A stretch of 64,000 nucleotides of DNA from Camelus ferus (lineage: Eukaryota): the NCBI RefSeq assembly GCF_009834535.1, contig NC_045705.1, positions 32,426,001 through 32,490,000 of the forward strand, in the 5' to 3' direction. Position 1 is the stretch's first letter; the number at the start of each line of letters is the position of its first letter. The notes below the pieces were generated by a model. The model was not told where the DNA came from. It saw only the letters and a program-made list of their open reading frames with translations, and searched no databases. Of the stretch, positions 25,624 to 38,427 are shown in pieces. Both the position numbers and the translations under genes were made by a program.

Positions 25624-26583
25624 ATGGAAACACACAATGGAACTGTGGTGAACAAATTCATTCTCATGGGCATCACAGACCGCCCTGAGCTGCGGGCTCC
25701 GTTATTTGGGCTCTTCCTTGTCATCTACATGATCTCAGTGGTGGGCAACTTGGGCATGGTCATCCTCACCAAGGTGGACTCCAGGCTGCAGACACCCATG
25801 TACTTCTTCCTCAGACACCTGGCTCTTACTGATCTAGGTTATTCAACAACAGTTGGACCCAAAATGTTGGTAAATTTTGTTGTGGATCAAAATACTATCT
25901 CTTATTATTCTTGTGCTGTACAATTAGCCTTTTTTCTTGTTTTTATTGTTACTGAAATTTTTATTCTGTCAGCAATGTCCTATGACCGCTACGTGGCCAT
26001 CTGTAACCCTCTGCTCTACACAGTCATCATGTCACAAAGGGTCTGTTGGGTGCTGGTGGCAGTCCCCTATCTCTATAGCACATTTGTGTCTCTTCTAGTC
26101 ACTGTAAAGGTATTTAATTCATCCTTCTGTGGCTACAATGTCATCAGTCATTTCTACTGTGACAGTCTCCCCTTGATATCTTTACTCTGCTCAAATACTC
26201 ATGAAACTGAAATGATTATTCTGATTTTAGCTGGTTTTGATTTGATTTCATCCCTTCTGATAGTTCTCGTGTCTTACCTGCTCATTCTTGAGTCTATTCT
26301 CAGGATGAACTCTGCTGAAGGTAGGAGGAAGGCTTTTTCTACCTGTGGGTCGCACCTGACTGTGGTCACAGTGTTCTACGGGACTTTGATTTTTATGTAT
26401 GTGCAACCAGAGTCCAGTCATTCCTTTGACACTGATAAAGTGGCATCTATATTTTGTACCCTTGTCATCCCCATGTTAAATCCCTTGATCTATAGCTTGA
26501 GGAACAAAGATGTGAAATGTGCCCTACAAAGGACGTGGAAAAAACTATGCAATAATTTTTCTCAAAGTTTACATACAATATGA
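25624..26583 (+). CDS. OR8K3-like: Olfactory receptor OR8K3-like, intact 319 aa with a 6-aa C-terminal extension
   Basis: All OR motifs are present. The codon matching the paralogs' TAA is CAA (26563-26565). Confidence 0.95.
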   Translation: METHNGTVVNKFILMGITDRPELRAPLFGLFLVIYMISVVGNLGMVILTKVDSRLQTPMYFFLRHLALTDLGYSTTVGPKMLVNFVVDQNTISYYSCAVQLAFFLVFIVTEIFILSAMSYDRYVAICNPLLYTVIMSQRVCWVLVAVPYLYSTFVSLLVTVKVFNSSFCGYNVISHFYCDSLPLISLLCSNTHETEMIILILAGFDLISSLLIVLVSYLLILESILRMNSAEGRRKAFSTCGSHLTVVTVFYGTLIFMYVQPESSHSFDTDKVASIFCTLVIPMLNPLIYSLRNKDVKCALQRTWKKLCNNFSQSLHTI

Positions 26584-29500
26584 GTCCTATAAACTAGTTA
26601 TGGACTTTAAGTTTTGCTCTATTTGCCTCCAAAAGAAATAGTGAGCATAAATGAGTTCAACATATATTTATAGATTGTCTTACATATGCCAGGTATTTCT
26701 AATTATTGTAAATAAATTAATGAACAAAATAGTAAAAATATTTGACTACCTTGAGTGGGAACTATCAATTACATACAGAAGTATAGTAAATGTTATAATA
26801 CAGTAGGATGTGTTAGGTGGATATAGACCAGAAAAAAGCTGTCAATGATTCTGATATTTTTCTCATCTATTAGAATAAAATTGTAGAGTGTGTTGTCTGT
26901 GTGTCCAAGTCCTTTCTTTTCCTTCTGTTTTAGCCTTCATACTCTTTCTCATTGTTTTATCTGTGTATTTGATGACTTGAAGTACTCTTATATTACTTTA
27001 ATCAAATATCCTTATTTTAAACATTGGGATTCCACTTCTTTACTCATCAATTCCTTTACTTCTGTATATGAGACTAGTAGATTCACCAAACATCTGTAGG
27101 TTCTATCCTGTGCTTGATTTTTGTCTCAACCAGTCCATTTTGTTGATATCAGAAGATATTCCAATTAAGATAAATTTTGTGGTCCCTCATAAGCTCCCAG
27201 ATTTGTACATTTTGTTCTCCCAAGTCATTGTTCTTTTTTTCATAACTGGCAGTTTGGTTTAGGAGATTGTAATATTCTTGTCTTTTTGACAAAAAAAAAG
27301 TAATTATCCATGTTTAAAAGTTATATTCCAGTTGTTTCTGTATCCTTGTTAAAATAGAAATCCATAGCAAAGTGAAGACAAGACAAAATCTAAGTAGATC
27401 TATAATAAATTGAAGGAGGTCAAAAATTAATATTAAGTTGTCAGGAATATGCATGTTGAAAAGGAAACAAGGGAGTTTCCATTTTAAGAAATATCCCTAA
27501 TGATTTGTAGGAGGAATTCTGTAAGGCACAATACAAGAGATAAATGGTCTTTCCCAAAAAAGAGAAGTCTGTGAGGGAAATATACTCCATCACCTTCTGC
27601 TTCTCAGACTTTGAAGAAGCTTTTTATATGAGATTCAGCCACTTGAGAAATTAATTTAAGGACAAGAGAATATATTGACTCTAATACTGTTGAGCTACTT
27701 AAACAATGAAAGCCATAAAGCATAACATATGATCACTGTTTTTTTTTTTTTAATTAAGCTCTGTTGAGATAGGATTTGTTAAATGATCCATTACATGCAT
27801 GGTGACAGTACGCCTAAATGATGCAGTGGGGAAAGCCTGAGTGTCACATGCAGGTGCAAAGTTTGGGTACTATGGTATTTTAGGGTGTAGCATTCATCTA
27901 TAGACCAAGATGTGAAAAACACCTTCCCAAAAAGGTACACATATTAAGTGTTGCTCTGACTCATGGAAATACCCAATGGCTGCCCAGCACAGTGACTGGA
28001 CAGATGAAAGGAACATACAACTCAGGAATATCTACCAACTTCATGGAAAGAAGCTTCACTGATAAACCTACACAATATGTCATTGAAAGAGTGACTAAAA
28101 ATGAGAGAGAAAAACAATACTAATTGAGAAGCTTGAGTCTGAAAATTAGATATTATCTTTAGAATAAGCAATTCATTAGATATTTAATGACCCACAATAA
28201 TCATCATATTCCCAAGTGTCAAACTGCATCTGCGTATGGTTTCTTCATTGGAGAAAGGTGCCACTAGGAAAGAAGGAGAGTGTGGGAAATAACAAATCGG
28301 TACCACAAGTATCTCAGGATCCCCTGGAGAAAGTAACCGCTGGAGAGCTGAACAGGGATGCTATCAAGAAGACAGCTCTCAAAGTCATGGAACAGGAGGG
28401 GTTCTATTCTAATTTCTAGTACATATGAGTCTCATACCTGGGAACTATGAGGGGCATGCCCTTCACAAGGGCATGCGGTGCTTCTCCATTTCCTACTATT
28501 TCATATTTGAACAGAAGTTTACGTTGTATTTACAGGCAATCTTACCTTCATTAGCTTCTTGATGATAAGGATTAAAATATTTTGTATGAAGTCCTGACAA
28601 ACTTGTGTGTTTTGCATTGTAATGCATATCCAGTTATGGGAAGCCTTGACTTGTATCAGTTTGTATTCACATAAAACAAAAAAATAAATATTATCCACTA
28701 TAGGAAGCCTTGAATCATACCCCATTGAATATACACCACTAATAATCTCTGGCGTGACGTAATGCTTTGGAGTGCGTGATTAAAATTGAGTCGCTCCTTT
28801 CTGCAAATACTCTGTGGCAACAACACTTACAGTGGCTAAGCTGACTGGCCACAACAGTCTAAGAGAGGCTCGAGGCCCTTGGAGGCCAGGCTTCTTATGC
28901 CAGCTCCATCCGAAGGGTTTTCCTGGAGGTTCACCATCGTAAGAAGAGCATGTCTGCCCAGACAGAGACAGAGACCAGAGAGAGATCTCTCCACCAGGAA
29001 ACATGGCTGTGTTGCACAGTCTGCTTGTAAAGCTGATGAGGAAATGTGCAATTGTCCTGCAACTACCACAAAACTGATGAATTAAAATGTGCACAGCAAG
29101 CCCTCAGGAGGGAAGGACTGGCTGATGTGTCATTTGCAAAGCTGTCTGACTTACAGGTCGGACTTAGGCCTTCAAACTGGTAACTGGAAACCCAAGTTGG
29201 TGAGGACCTGACCTTCGTTGCTGGGTTATAATGGTGTCCACAAACTAGACAGAAACTGAAGTCTAATGAAAACTGTCTCAACTGACTCTCCTGGTCTAGA
29301 AATGTATGATCTTAGAAAAGAGGGTACTTTGGCTTGGAAAATCTGTTAAAATAAAGTGGTGATATTAACTGACATGTGATTTGCTGAGTGTGCTGCAACC
29401 GTTTGGTACAGCAGAGGCTCCGTAACTTCCCTTGCTAACCTGAATGAAAATAAAACTTATGAAAAAAGTGATCTCAAGGAACATATTATGTGAGGTTGAC

Positions 29501-30071
29501 CTAAAAGCCCCATGACATAAAAACAATTGGGGGTCACATTGTCAGAGAAAGTAGTACCTTTAGCTTTGGATAAGTTACATATACAGTAGCTTATTGTCCA
29601 GAAAAAAAACTGTAGGAAGGTAAAAAGGAATTAAGAGATATAGGACAGAGGAAAAGAAATGTCATAAAACATATAAGGGGCTGCAGTTATGGGTAATATG
29701 TTTTTGTTTACAAAATCTCAACTTGACATTGGATAATTTGGGTTCTATGAATGGTCAGCATTTTAATGTGTCTCCATTTGTATGTAAAACATTATAGAAA
29801 TGGACTTAGTAAACATTTCCAAAAATATCTAAGGAATATGTAGCAAATAACAAAAGTCAAAGTTAAAAAGTGGAAGAAATTCCTTAATGGTTAGTTTGTG
29901 TAATTGTTTCTAGTCCATGGGACACCTGATGATCCTCTACTTGACAGAGCTCACTTCCAGAATTAGCTCAAGGAATTTGTGGGGACTATATGGAAAAACA
30001 GATAAATAAAAATACTCTTCCAAAAATGATGCATGGGAGTCCAGTTGACATAATTGTATGCTGCATGCAGC

Positions 30072-30437
30072 TTACGAGGAGGCTATCACTGACATCACGA
30101 AGCCTTCTGTGGTAACAAAGATCCCAAAATATAAATGCTGCACCATGCAAACGGAGAAAGAGATGGTTCCCTTCACAACCAGGAGGTTTGTCAGCATCTT
30201 GGGTGCTATGGCAGATGAATAGCAGGCATCCACAAATGAAAGGCAGCTGAGGAAAAAGTACACGGGAGTGTGGAGCCTGGGACTGATTTGGATTAAGAAG
30301 ATCATGCCCAGGTTCCCCACCAAAGTAACAGCATAAACCACCAGGAACAACACAAAAAGCACAACTTTCAGCTCAGCCCGGTCTGTCAGTCGCAAAAGAA
30401 TAAATTCAGTGACAACTGTAAAATTCTCTTCAGCCAT
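30072..30437 (-). pseudogene. OR5J2-like: OR5J2-like 5' fragment (TM1-TM3), truncated at the MAYDRY motif
   Basis: Reads [12 protein letters not shown]...[21 protein letters not shown]...[11 protein letters not shown], then non-OR sequence and a stop. I found no 3' half nearby. Paralogous to 37326-38263. Confidence 0.85.
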
Positions 30438-33400
30438 TTCTGTGTTTCTATTTAAAAAAAATCTGGCGTGGGAACAAAAGATGCAGAAATTACAATATAT
30501 TAGGATATATATATCTCAAATACAGACAATTACTGATGTCAGTTAACTAAAATTTCAGAAATAAAGATCTGATGGAAATAAAGGGATATTTTGGGGGGAT
30601 TTAGCAGGACTCCAGCCCAGGAGACACAAATTCTTCACCTTATAATAGACAGTTTACACAGTTTTAAGGCTTTTTAAAAGTATAATTTACATGCAAAGTT
30701 TGGATGCCCTATATTCAAAGCTGTTCTTCTGTTTCAGAATTAACTGTCTCTCCCATCTTCTCTATTAATTGGAGTGTTGTTTTAGAAATAATGAGAAACA
30801 GATGGTGATTATTATGGTTTATGTCTAATTGATATCACTTACTCATCTTAATTAAAACGTTTCAATTGCCACAACAGTGAGAAGGTGGGAATCCATCACT
30901 CCTGGATCAAATCCTATTGTTGATAATAACAGGTTTTATTTCATTAGACAATTTAACTTCCTGCATCCAGGGTATAATTATATTTTCTTTTCCAAGGCTG
31001 TTGAGAGGATTGAAGGGGACTGTTCCAACAAAGTATTTAGTGTTGCCTTGAGTATAAATTAAGCACTGAACAATGAGGTAGATAGTTACATGCCTTACAT
31101 ATATGAGGCATGGCTAGCTGGATAGAACAGTGATACCCATTTAGTGTGTGATGCTTTTTGGTTCATACTGATGGGCATTAAACTTTGAAAATATTGTAAT
31201 TGAACAGTTTCTATTTCAGAGCATTTCTACAGTGCTTAAGCACTATTTGTGTTTATTTGTTTTAATAATTGCAGGGTGATCTCAGTTTATAATTTAGAAA
31301 CTAGCCTTGTTAAATGTGAGATAATTAAAATAAGCATCTACTTTTTAAAGAATATTTTACATGATCTTTAAGATTACCAACAACTCTGACAAATGGGAGA
31401 GCATTGTCAAAAAATAATAAGTCTGAATATTTCAAAACTGCATTTTCACAAATTTGTCTTATACCTGTTCTTTCTTCTGTTATTCTTTGGTTATTAATTG
31501 AATATTTTTGTTTATAAACAGCCACATATAGTTATGAACTTTATTGTAAACTATAATCTAGGAACTAGAATGCTTAAAAAATTAGAAATCAAGTTAACCA
31601 TCAAAATATAAAACTATTTAACTTTAGCAGCAGAATTTGGTGGCAAATTTATAAATTGAATTATATATGCTATGAACTTAACTTACACTAATTTTAAGAT
31701 TGAACACACTGCTAGGACTCCACCATGTTTGAAATTTTCAATTATATGCAGAATGAGTGCTATATCTGAGAAAAGTAAATAAAATAGGAGCACATGAAAT
31801 GCAATTAGCTTATCAAAGATGGACGCCCTTTTAGGATATCAGTTTATTTAGAATGCTCACATACACCTCCATGGTTTCTTACTCTCTTCTTGGAAATGAA
31901 ATCAGTTAATATTTCTCTGAGATTCAGAGTGATCAATATTTTAAGGGTAGAAAACTGAAAATCATTCCAGGTTGAAAAAAAATCAAGTGCAACTTAGTAC
32001 AAAATAAACATAATGGATTTTGTAAAAATTTTACATCTTTAATTCTCTCCTCAAAGAGGGCAAGTTGGAAAGAAAGGACAAGCACACACATATAAATATA
32101 TAGGTTTTTGTTTTAATGAGGCCAGAATCCCTGCAGCTCAGACACTGATTACACCAAAGCAACACCCACCAAACACACTGTGGTCTGCATCCTGGTTTCT
32201 CATGGGACCTTCTCAAGGTGTCCCAGTGGAACTGTTTTTTTCTAAGATGTGTTACAAAACACATTGTTCTAAGATTTTGTAACAAAAACATGTTACAAAG
32301 TATGGAAAGCACCATAAAGCCAAGGATGAGAAGATAGTAGAAATAGTGATTGTAAACAATCTGCATAAATTGGAGAGCCTCTCATTAAGATGTAGTATGA
32401 ACTGGTCCTGCCCTTTGTGAGGCAGAAGGGTGCTAAGTGGAATTGGGCTTGCCATGCCATTTTTTCTAAAAACGTCCTAGGAAGCAACATGCCATCACCC
32501 ATATCTACACACTTCTGTTCAGAGTCAAATTCTGCATTCTGTATCACAGGTCGAATGACCATGTTTCACTCCTATCAGATATTACATTTAGTGTCAATAT
32601 TCTCAGTTATTTAACAAATGTTTCTTGAGGAATGAAGTCAAGCTGGACGTCCTGTTAGACACTAGACAGACAGGGGTTATCACTGACAAGCACACATGAC
32701 TGGACTTCCCCTTCTTACAAGTGGAAGACTCTATATAACTCCACCCTCCTCAAAAAAATACTTTCAATAGAATATATTGAAATACTAAATATAAAAGTAA
32801 AATATTCTATAACTATTGCAGATAACAAATAAATAAATAAATGAAGTTGTTATCAGGCTTAAAAGGAAGAAAAAGAAGAAAATCAGACACCAATGTGGAC
32901 ACAGACATCATGACCCTCCTGTAGGCATTTGGCAAAATTTTTAATTTTATAAGTGAGACTCAGTTTGTTGAAAAAAAAATACCAAGTCTTTAGTCCCATG
33001 AACAAAACAGAATTCTAATAGCACCCAAATATAAATCCATTACTTTGAAAAATGGACATTTTCATTATAAATGCTAACAATATCTGCTTATCAGCAAAAA
33101 TTACAGGTAAACTTGTCTAACATGATCTGATACCTGGTTGGGAAAAGAGCCTTATCTAAGAATCGGTACCACAGTGTTTCTCACCCAGGTTCACGTTTGG
33201 ATTTTGCTGTCTGTGCAAGGGAGGCTCCTTCAAGCTAGAAATTACTATACATAATGGTAATCTGAGTCGGTAGCGCTGCCCTACAGAAGCAATCTTCCAG
33301 GATATCACAGAGACGGTCCTGTTAGATGTGAACTCACCATTCATTCACAAAACACAATGAGAAAGAACATTTCAAAAAGAAGACTATGGAAAGCCAGAAA

Positions 33401-33573
33401 TATACTTAAAATGTTTTTAAGAATAAAGACTAAAAGGGAAAAAAAAAAAAGAAAATGGATAAGACCTCCTTCAAAGAGACAAGGTTTATAGGCTGACTGA
33501 TTGGCAATGTTCTTGGCAAAGGATTAGGGACAATAAATGAATGAATAAATGTGTGAATGAATAAATAAATACC

Positions 33574-34160
33574 TGTGAGGAAAGCTATCTAGATGAAAAC
33601 AAGGTGAATCATAATGCGAGAAATGCACAGTGGCCCACGCAGTGCTGACTGGTGCCTGCGGACCCCGCCCCCGCAACTTGCAGCCCTTAGGCATCTGCCT
33701 GCTCCTCTTTTGGAGGTAAACTCCTGACTGGTGTTTGTGTGAGCACAGTTACCAGCCTCGGGAAATGACTAGTCTCACCGTAGCTCAGGCTGACTCTTCT
33801 CAGCCCATGTCTCCTCCTTATCAGAATCATAAATTCCAGTACCTTTCATGTGTCAGCTGATATCTACATCTTATTTGAGTCATAAATCCACTGTCCTCCT
33901 GTACACCAGAGCCCCTTACCTCACTTATAGCCAATCAGAAATGTGTTCCCCTATGCCTTTGTGTACACAGCCCCTTCCTCATCAAAAGACCCTGCACATT
34001 CACATTCAGGGGGCACGCTGGGCACCTCTTGCCTGTGTGGCCTGCTGTTGCCTATAGCAGCATAACTATTGAACCTTCCTTTGTTCTCAAACTTTCCCTT
34101 GCCTTTGGTAAATTCTTCTTACCAACCCATATCACTGGCCCCGCCAAATATCCCCCAACA
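33574..34160 (+). mobile_element. Solo LTR
   Basis: CCAATCAG box and terminus CCCCAACA. Homologous to 21001-21733. The 5' edge is approximate. Confidence 0.7.
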
Positions 34161-34959
34161 GCCCACTGTTGTGATATGGATTAGAATGCAAAAAAACAAA
34201 CAAACAAACTCTTTCCAAAAAGAGATGTTAAATGATTTATTTTTCTCCCCTGAAAATCGTTCTGGCAGTGTCATTATCACCACTGATTTCAACACCAAGC
34301 AAGGCCAACCCAGTTCTGCTCTTGGGATCAGCAGCAAACTACAGGTCATAGACAAAAAAGAAGAATGTATTTAGGCTCAGGGGAGAAGCCCTGCAGACTC
34401 AGTCTTTCTGATGGTCTTTTCTGCTTCCTCACTAACCTAAGGGCTAAAAGCTTTCTAAAAATGTAGGGAGGGAAGTTAAAATAAGTGTTTTTTTATTTTT
34501 TTTCTGTGTGTGTGGTGGGGATATAATGCAATAGGTTGGGTAGAATTATGTAAGAGCAGTTAAATGACAGCCCGAGTTCTCTTGTCACAAGGAATACCTT
34601 TCTTTCATAACACACCAAGTTCAGTTATGGACTAGGGCTCCATTCTCCTAGGTAATGACAATGATCAATGGAAAAAATTCTTCACGGAAATATAAGTTCG
34701 ATGGGAAAAATCACTACACATCTAAAAAAATAAATAAATAATTTCCTTAACTCTATTTCCTCTATCAGAAAACAAGCAAAAAAAATTCTGAAATAATTTT
34801 ACAAAGCAGATTAAGAATTTAATACGTATATTTTTAATATACATCCTAAAATTATCAGAGGAGAATGCTGGTAACATGAGAAGAACTTAACCTTCTAACA
34901 ATATGTTGGACAAGAACCCCCAAAGGAAGGGTTTTGGGGTGTTTTTTTTTTTTTGGCAT

Positions 34960-35350
34960 TTTTTAAACTTTTTATGTGAAAGTAATTTCGAATATACAGA
35001 AAAATTTCATGAATAAGAAAAGTGAAAAAAATACACTTATTCACCTGTGATTAACATTTTGTTTGTCTTCTCTTTCTTGCGTGTCCCCTAAAGCATTTGT
35101 CCCCTAAAGCATTTGAGGGTAACTTACAATATGGTCCTTTATCCCTAAACACTTTGGTGTATATTTACTAAAGGCAGAGATATTCTCTTGCATAATTACA
35201 GTACAACTGTCAACTTCAATAAATTTAAAGTTGATATTACTTTTGCCTAACTTAACTATATTCCAGTTTTGTCAGTTGACATAATTTTTTTAATAAGAGC
35301 TTTTCCCTCCAGTACATTGAATTTAGTGGTCAGATCTCTTTAGTTTTTTT
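34960..35350 (-). mobile_element. Old L1 (L1MC/MB-like) 3' end containing a 16-bp tandem duplication
   Basis: Reverse L1 3'-end motifs. GTCCCCTAAAGCATTT occurs twice in tandem at 35083-35114. Confidence 0.55.
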
Positions 35351-37325
35351 TTCAATATATCCCAAATGATGTTTTTGTTATATCACAACTCTATCTTGGT
35401 TGAATTGTAGATTTCTAAATATGGCAGCCCTGAGTGTAGAAGAAAGAGCCTCAAAAGCCAATGAGCTGAAACAGGGATAAAATCAAAATCAGGCAATAAA
35501 ATCAAAATCAGTATTAGAATGGACGACAGGACTAACAGAGTTGGGCTGGAGAGCCCAGTCAGTGCAGGCGATTACCTGGCATTCAGCAGAGGCAAATTCA
35601 CATATTCCTAAAAGAAGATTCTACCAAATTAAGCTAGTTACTAGAAAGACCCTTGGGTTTCCAGAATTTAGGGAAAAAAATATACTTATATAGATATTGT
35701 CAAATAGGGCTGGAAGCAAGTCTTCATGAGTCTGAAGAAGAAAATACAGATTTAGGTCAATAACAATTTCAGAGATTTGAGTAAGCATATACATATTATA
35801 AAATACATATGAATAAATAAAAAATGAAAATTTAATGACATGAAAAATTTGTAAGATAAAGAATGAAGAAATTTATCCTAAAATATACTAAATGAAGGTG
35901 GATAGCAAATTGGCATCAAAGAGATTTTAAGAAAAGTTTTCTGATAATCAGGATATAAAAACTAAAAGTTCAAATAATTAGGCATATTTTACAATTGCTA
36001 TTGTTATGTTATGAACTATTATAATAATTATAATAGCATTATAATGATAAAGATGGTTACTCTATTTGGAACTACACTCTTATAGAATTTGACTCACATC
36101 CTGCCTGAATGAATATCACTTTTTTTTCAAAACAACCTACTTTCATGCCCCATGTGTTGCAAACTATATATAGAAAGATAACTACATTTACTGTAGTTCT
36201 GTTGTTGTTGTTTATAGTGGTAATAAAATTGCTTTTCCTGTTTTAAATCCTGTCATTGTTACTAGCCTACTGACTATGTCTTCATGTCAAGTATGAAACA
36301 GCAAATGTAAAATTGTTTAACTACTTTAAACACTTTCTCATTAGTTTTAAATACCCCAGGTTGTATCTTGTGATCTCAGAAGTTAATAAAGACTCTAAAA
36401 TACAGAAAATTGTATATAAGTAATTATTTTCAAAATTTATTACAATATTCTTCACAGTACCTTTGGTGAGAGATAATGATTTCAAAATGATGGGAAGTGA
36501 TGAAGTTATTTAATTAAGTAATTCCAGAACAGAACAGAAGCTCTAGGTCAGCAGTGACACCCATCATGTGATTTAATTATGAGATTTTTTGTTTTAATCT
36601 TGAAGAAATCTGAAGTAGATTCTTGAAGGCAGAGATGGAGGGAAAAGGTGATGAATTTTACTTACTCCCAAATGTAGCAATTCTATATATGTATATAGTT
36701 TAGTCGGATTTTTTTCAGGGGAGTATATTATTGCAAACTGAAAATTATAATAGGGTCAGTTTCTCACAACTCATATTTTTGTTACTGAGGTCACTGAAGT
36801 CTAAGAAAGGGAAGAAAAGTAAGCAAATCACTGCCAGTTGAAAAACCTCACTTGGAATTGTCCTCTCATTTTGAGCTAACATGGGGATTTACCAATATTT
36901 AACATTTAATGCATGTTTTAAAAAATAAGAGAAAATGTCATGTAAACAATTAATTTTCTTAGTAAATAATTTTAAGTATCTTAGAAAAAGTTTTAACTCC
37001 TTGTATCTCAAAAAGTACATACACATTCATAAAGACTCAGTTTTCCAAATACCAGAAAGTATGAATGCAATTTTATGGAGGAATAAAATAATTTTATTAA
37101 ATTTATTGTATTAAGAGGGATTAGTGCAAATATTAATAACCTGAAGTTTAATGCAGTTGTGATTAAGTCACTTCTAATTCTTAGTCTCATTTTCTCATGT
37201 GAAAAGCACTATGTAGGATAAAATGATTTGTACTATCCTAGAAATTCTAGAATTTATTGGATTCATGCTAATGTTAGCAAGTGAAGAACTGACTGTTGAG
37301 TGCTGTAGGAGTAAATGACTTGGAA

Positions 37326-38263
37326 TTAACAGGGGGAATGTTTCATTTCTATGGCTCTTCTCACAGCATCCTTCACCTCTTTGTTTCTCAGACTGTAAAT
37401 CAGGGGGTTTAACGTGGGAATCACTAGTGTGTAGAACACAGACACCACCTTCTCCTGTTCTACAGAATACTGGGAATTTGGCTGAATGTAATTAAAGCTT
37501 ATGGTACCATAGAATATGGTCACAGCAGTCAGATGAGAGGCACAGGTGGAGATAGCTTTCTGTCTGCCTGCTGCTCAGTGGATCCTCAGAAGAGCAACAG
37601 CAATGAACATGTAGGAAATGATCACAGTCAAGAAGGTGGCCATGGCGATGATCCCAGTGAAGGTTAACAGCAGCAGCTCACTCATGGAGGTATCAGAACA
37701 AGACAGCTTTAGCAGTGGGGGAACATCACAGAAGAAGTGACCAACAACATTGGAGCCACAGAAGGACAGTCTCCCTAAGCTTATGGTGTGTGTCAGTGAG
37801 TTAATCATTCCACCAATGAATGATCCAGTGACCAGCCCTACACATGTCCTCTTAGACATGGCTATCTTGTAAAGCAAAGGGTTGACAATGGCCACGTAAC
37901 AGTCGTATGCCATCACCGACAGCCGGAAGCCTTCTGTGGTGATGAACACCCCAAAAACAAATGCTGCATTAGGCAGGCAGAGAACGAGATGGTTTCCCTC
38001 ACAACCAAGAAGCAGGTGAGCATTTTTGGTGCAATAACAGATGAGTAGCAGGCAGCCACAAATGAAAGGCAGCTGAGGAAAAAGTACATGGGAGTGTGGA
38101 GCCTGGGACTGATTTGGATTAAGAAGATCATGCCCAGGTTCCCCACCAAAGTAACAGCATAAACCACCAGGAACAACACAAAAAGCACAACTTTCAGCTC
38201 AGCCCAGTCTGTCAGTCCCAAGAGAATAAATTCAGTGACAACCGCAAAATTCTCTTCAGCCAT
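37326..38263 (-). pseudogene. OR5J2-like: OR5J2-like full-length pseudogene (1-bp deletion plus nonsense codon)
   Basis: Three ORF pieces join into an OR of about 312 aa. There is a 1-nt deletion near 37953-37958, an in-frame TGA at 37575-37577 (RIHS to RIH*), and DRY changed to DCY. The C-terminus [11 protein letters not shown] resembles human OR5J2 (from memory). Confidence 0.9.
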
Positions 38264-38405
38264 TGGTTAATTCTTTATCTTGAAGTCTGAGGTGAAAAAT
38301 ATATGTGAGTTAGAATGGACACAGGAGAATCTGATATTTATTATTAAAAGATAACAGAAACATTATAGGATTCTGTCCTTGGAGCTTGATTAGATTGCTT
38401 TGATT

Positions 38406-38427
38406 TGTGTGTGTGTGTGTGTGTGTG
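38406..38427. repeat. (TG)11 microsatellite
   Basis: Direct reading. Confidence 0.9.

Noticed and set aside
28836-29069. Resemblance of the minus-strand ORF (MVNL...EPL...DCC) to ZNHIT3
   Set aside because: Only scattered short words match and it cannot be aligned without arbitrary gaps.
28295-33174. Shared 13-mer AATCGGTACCACA at about 28295 and about 33161
   Set aside because: The flanks do not align, and chance 13-mer matches are expected in 64 kb.
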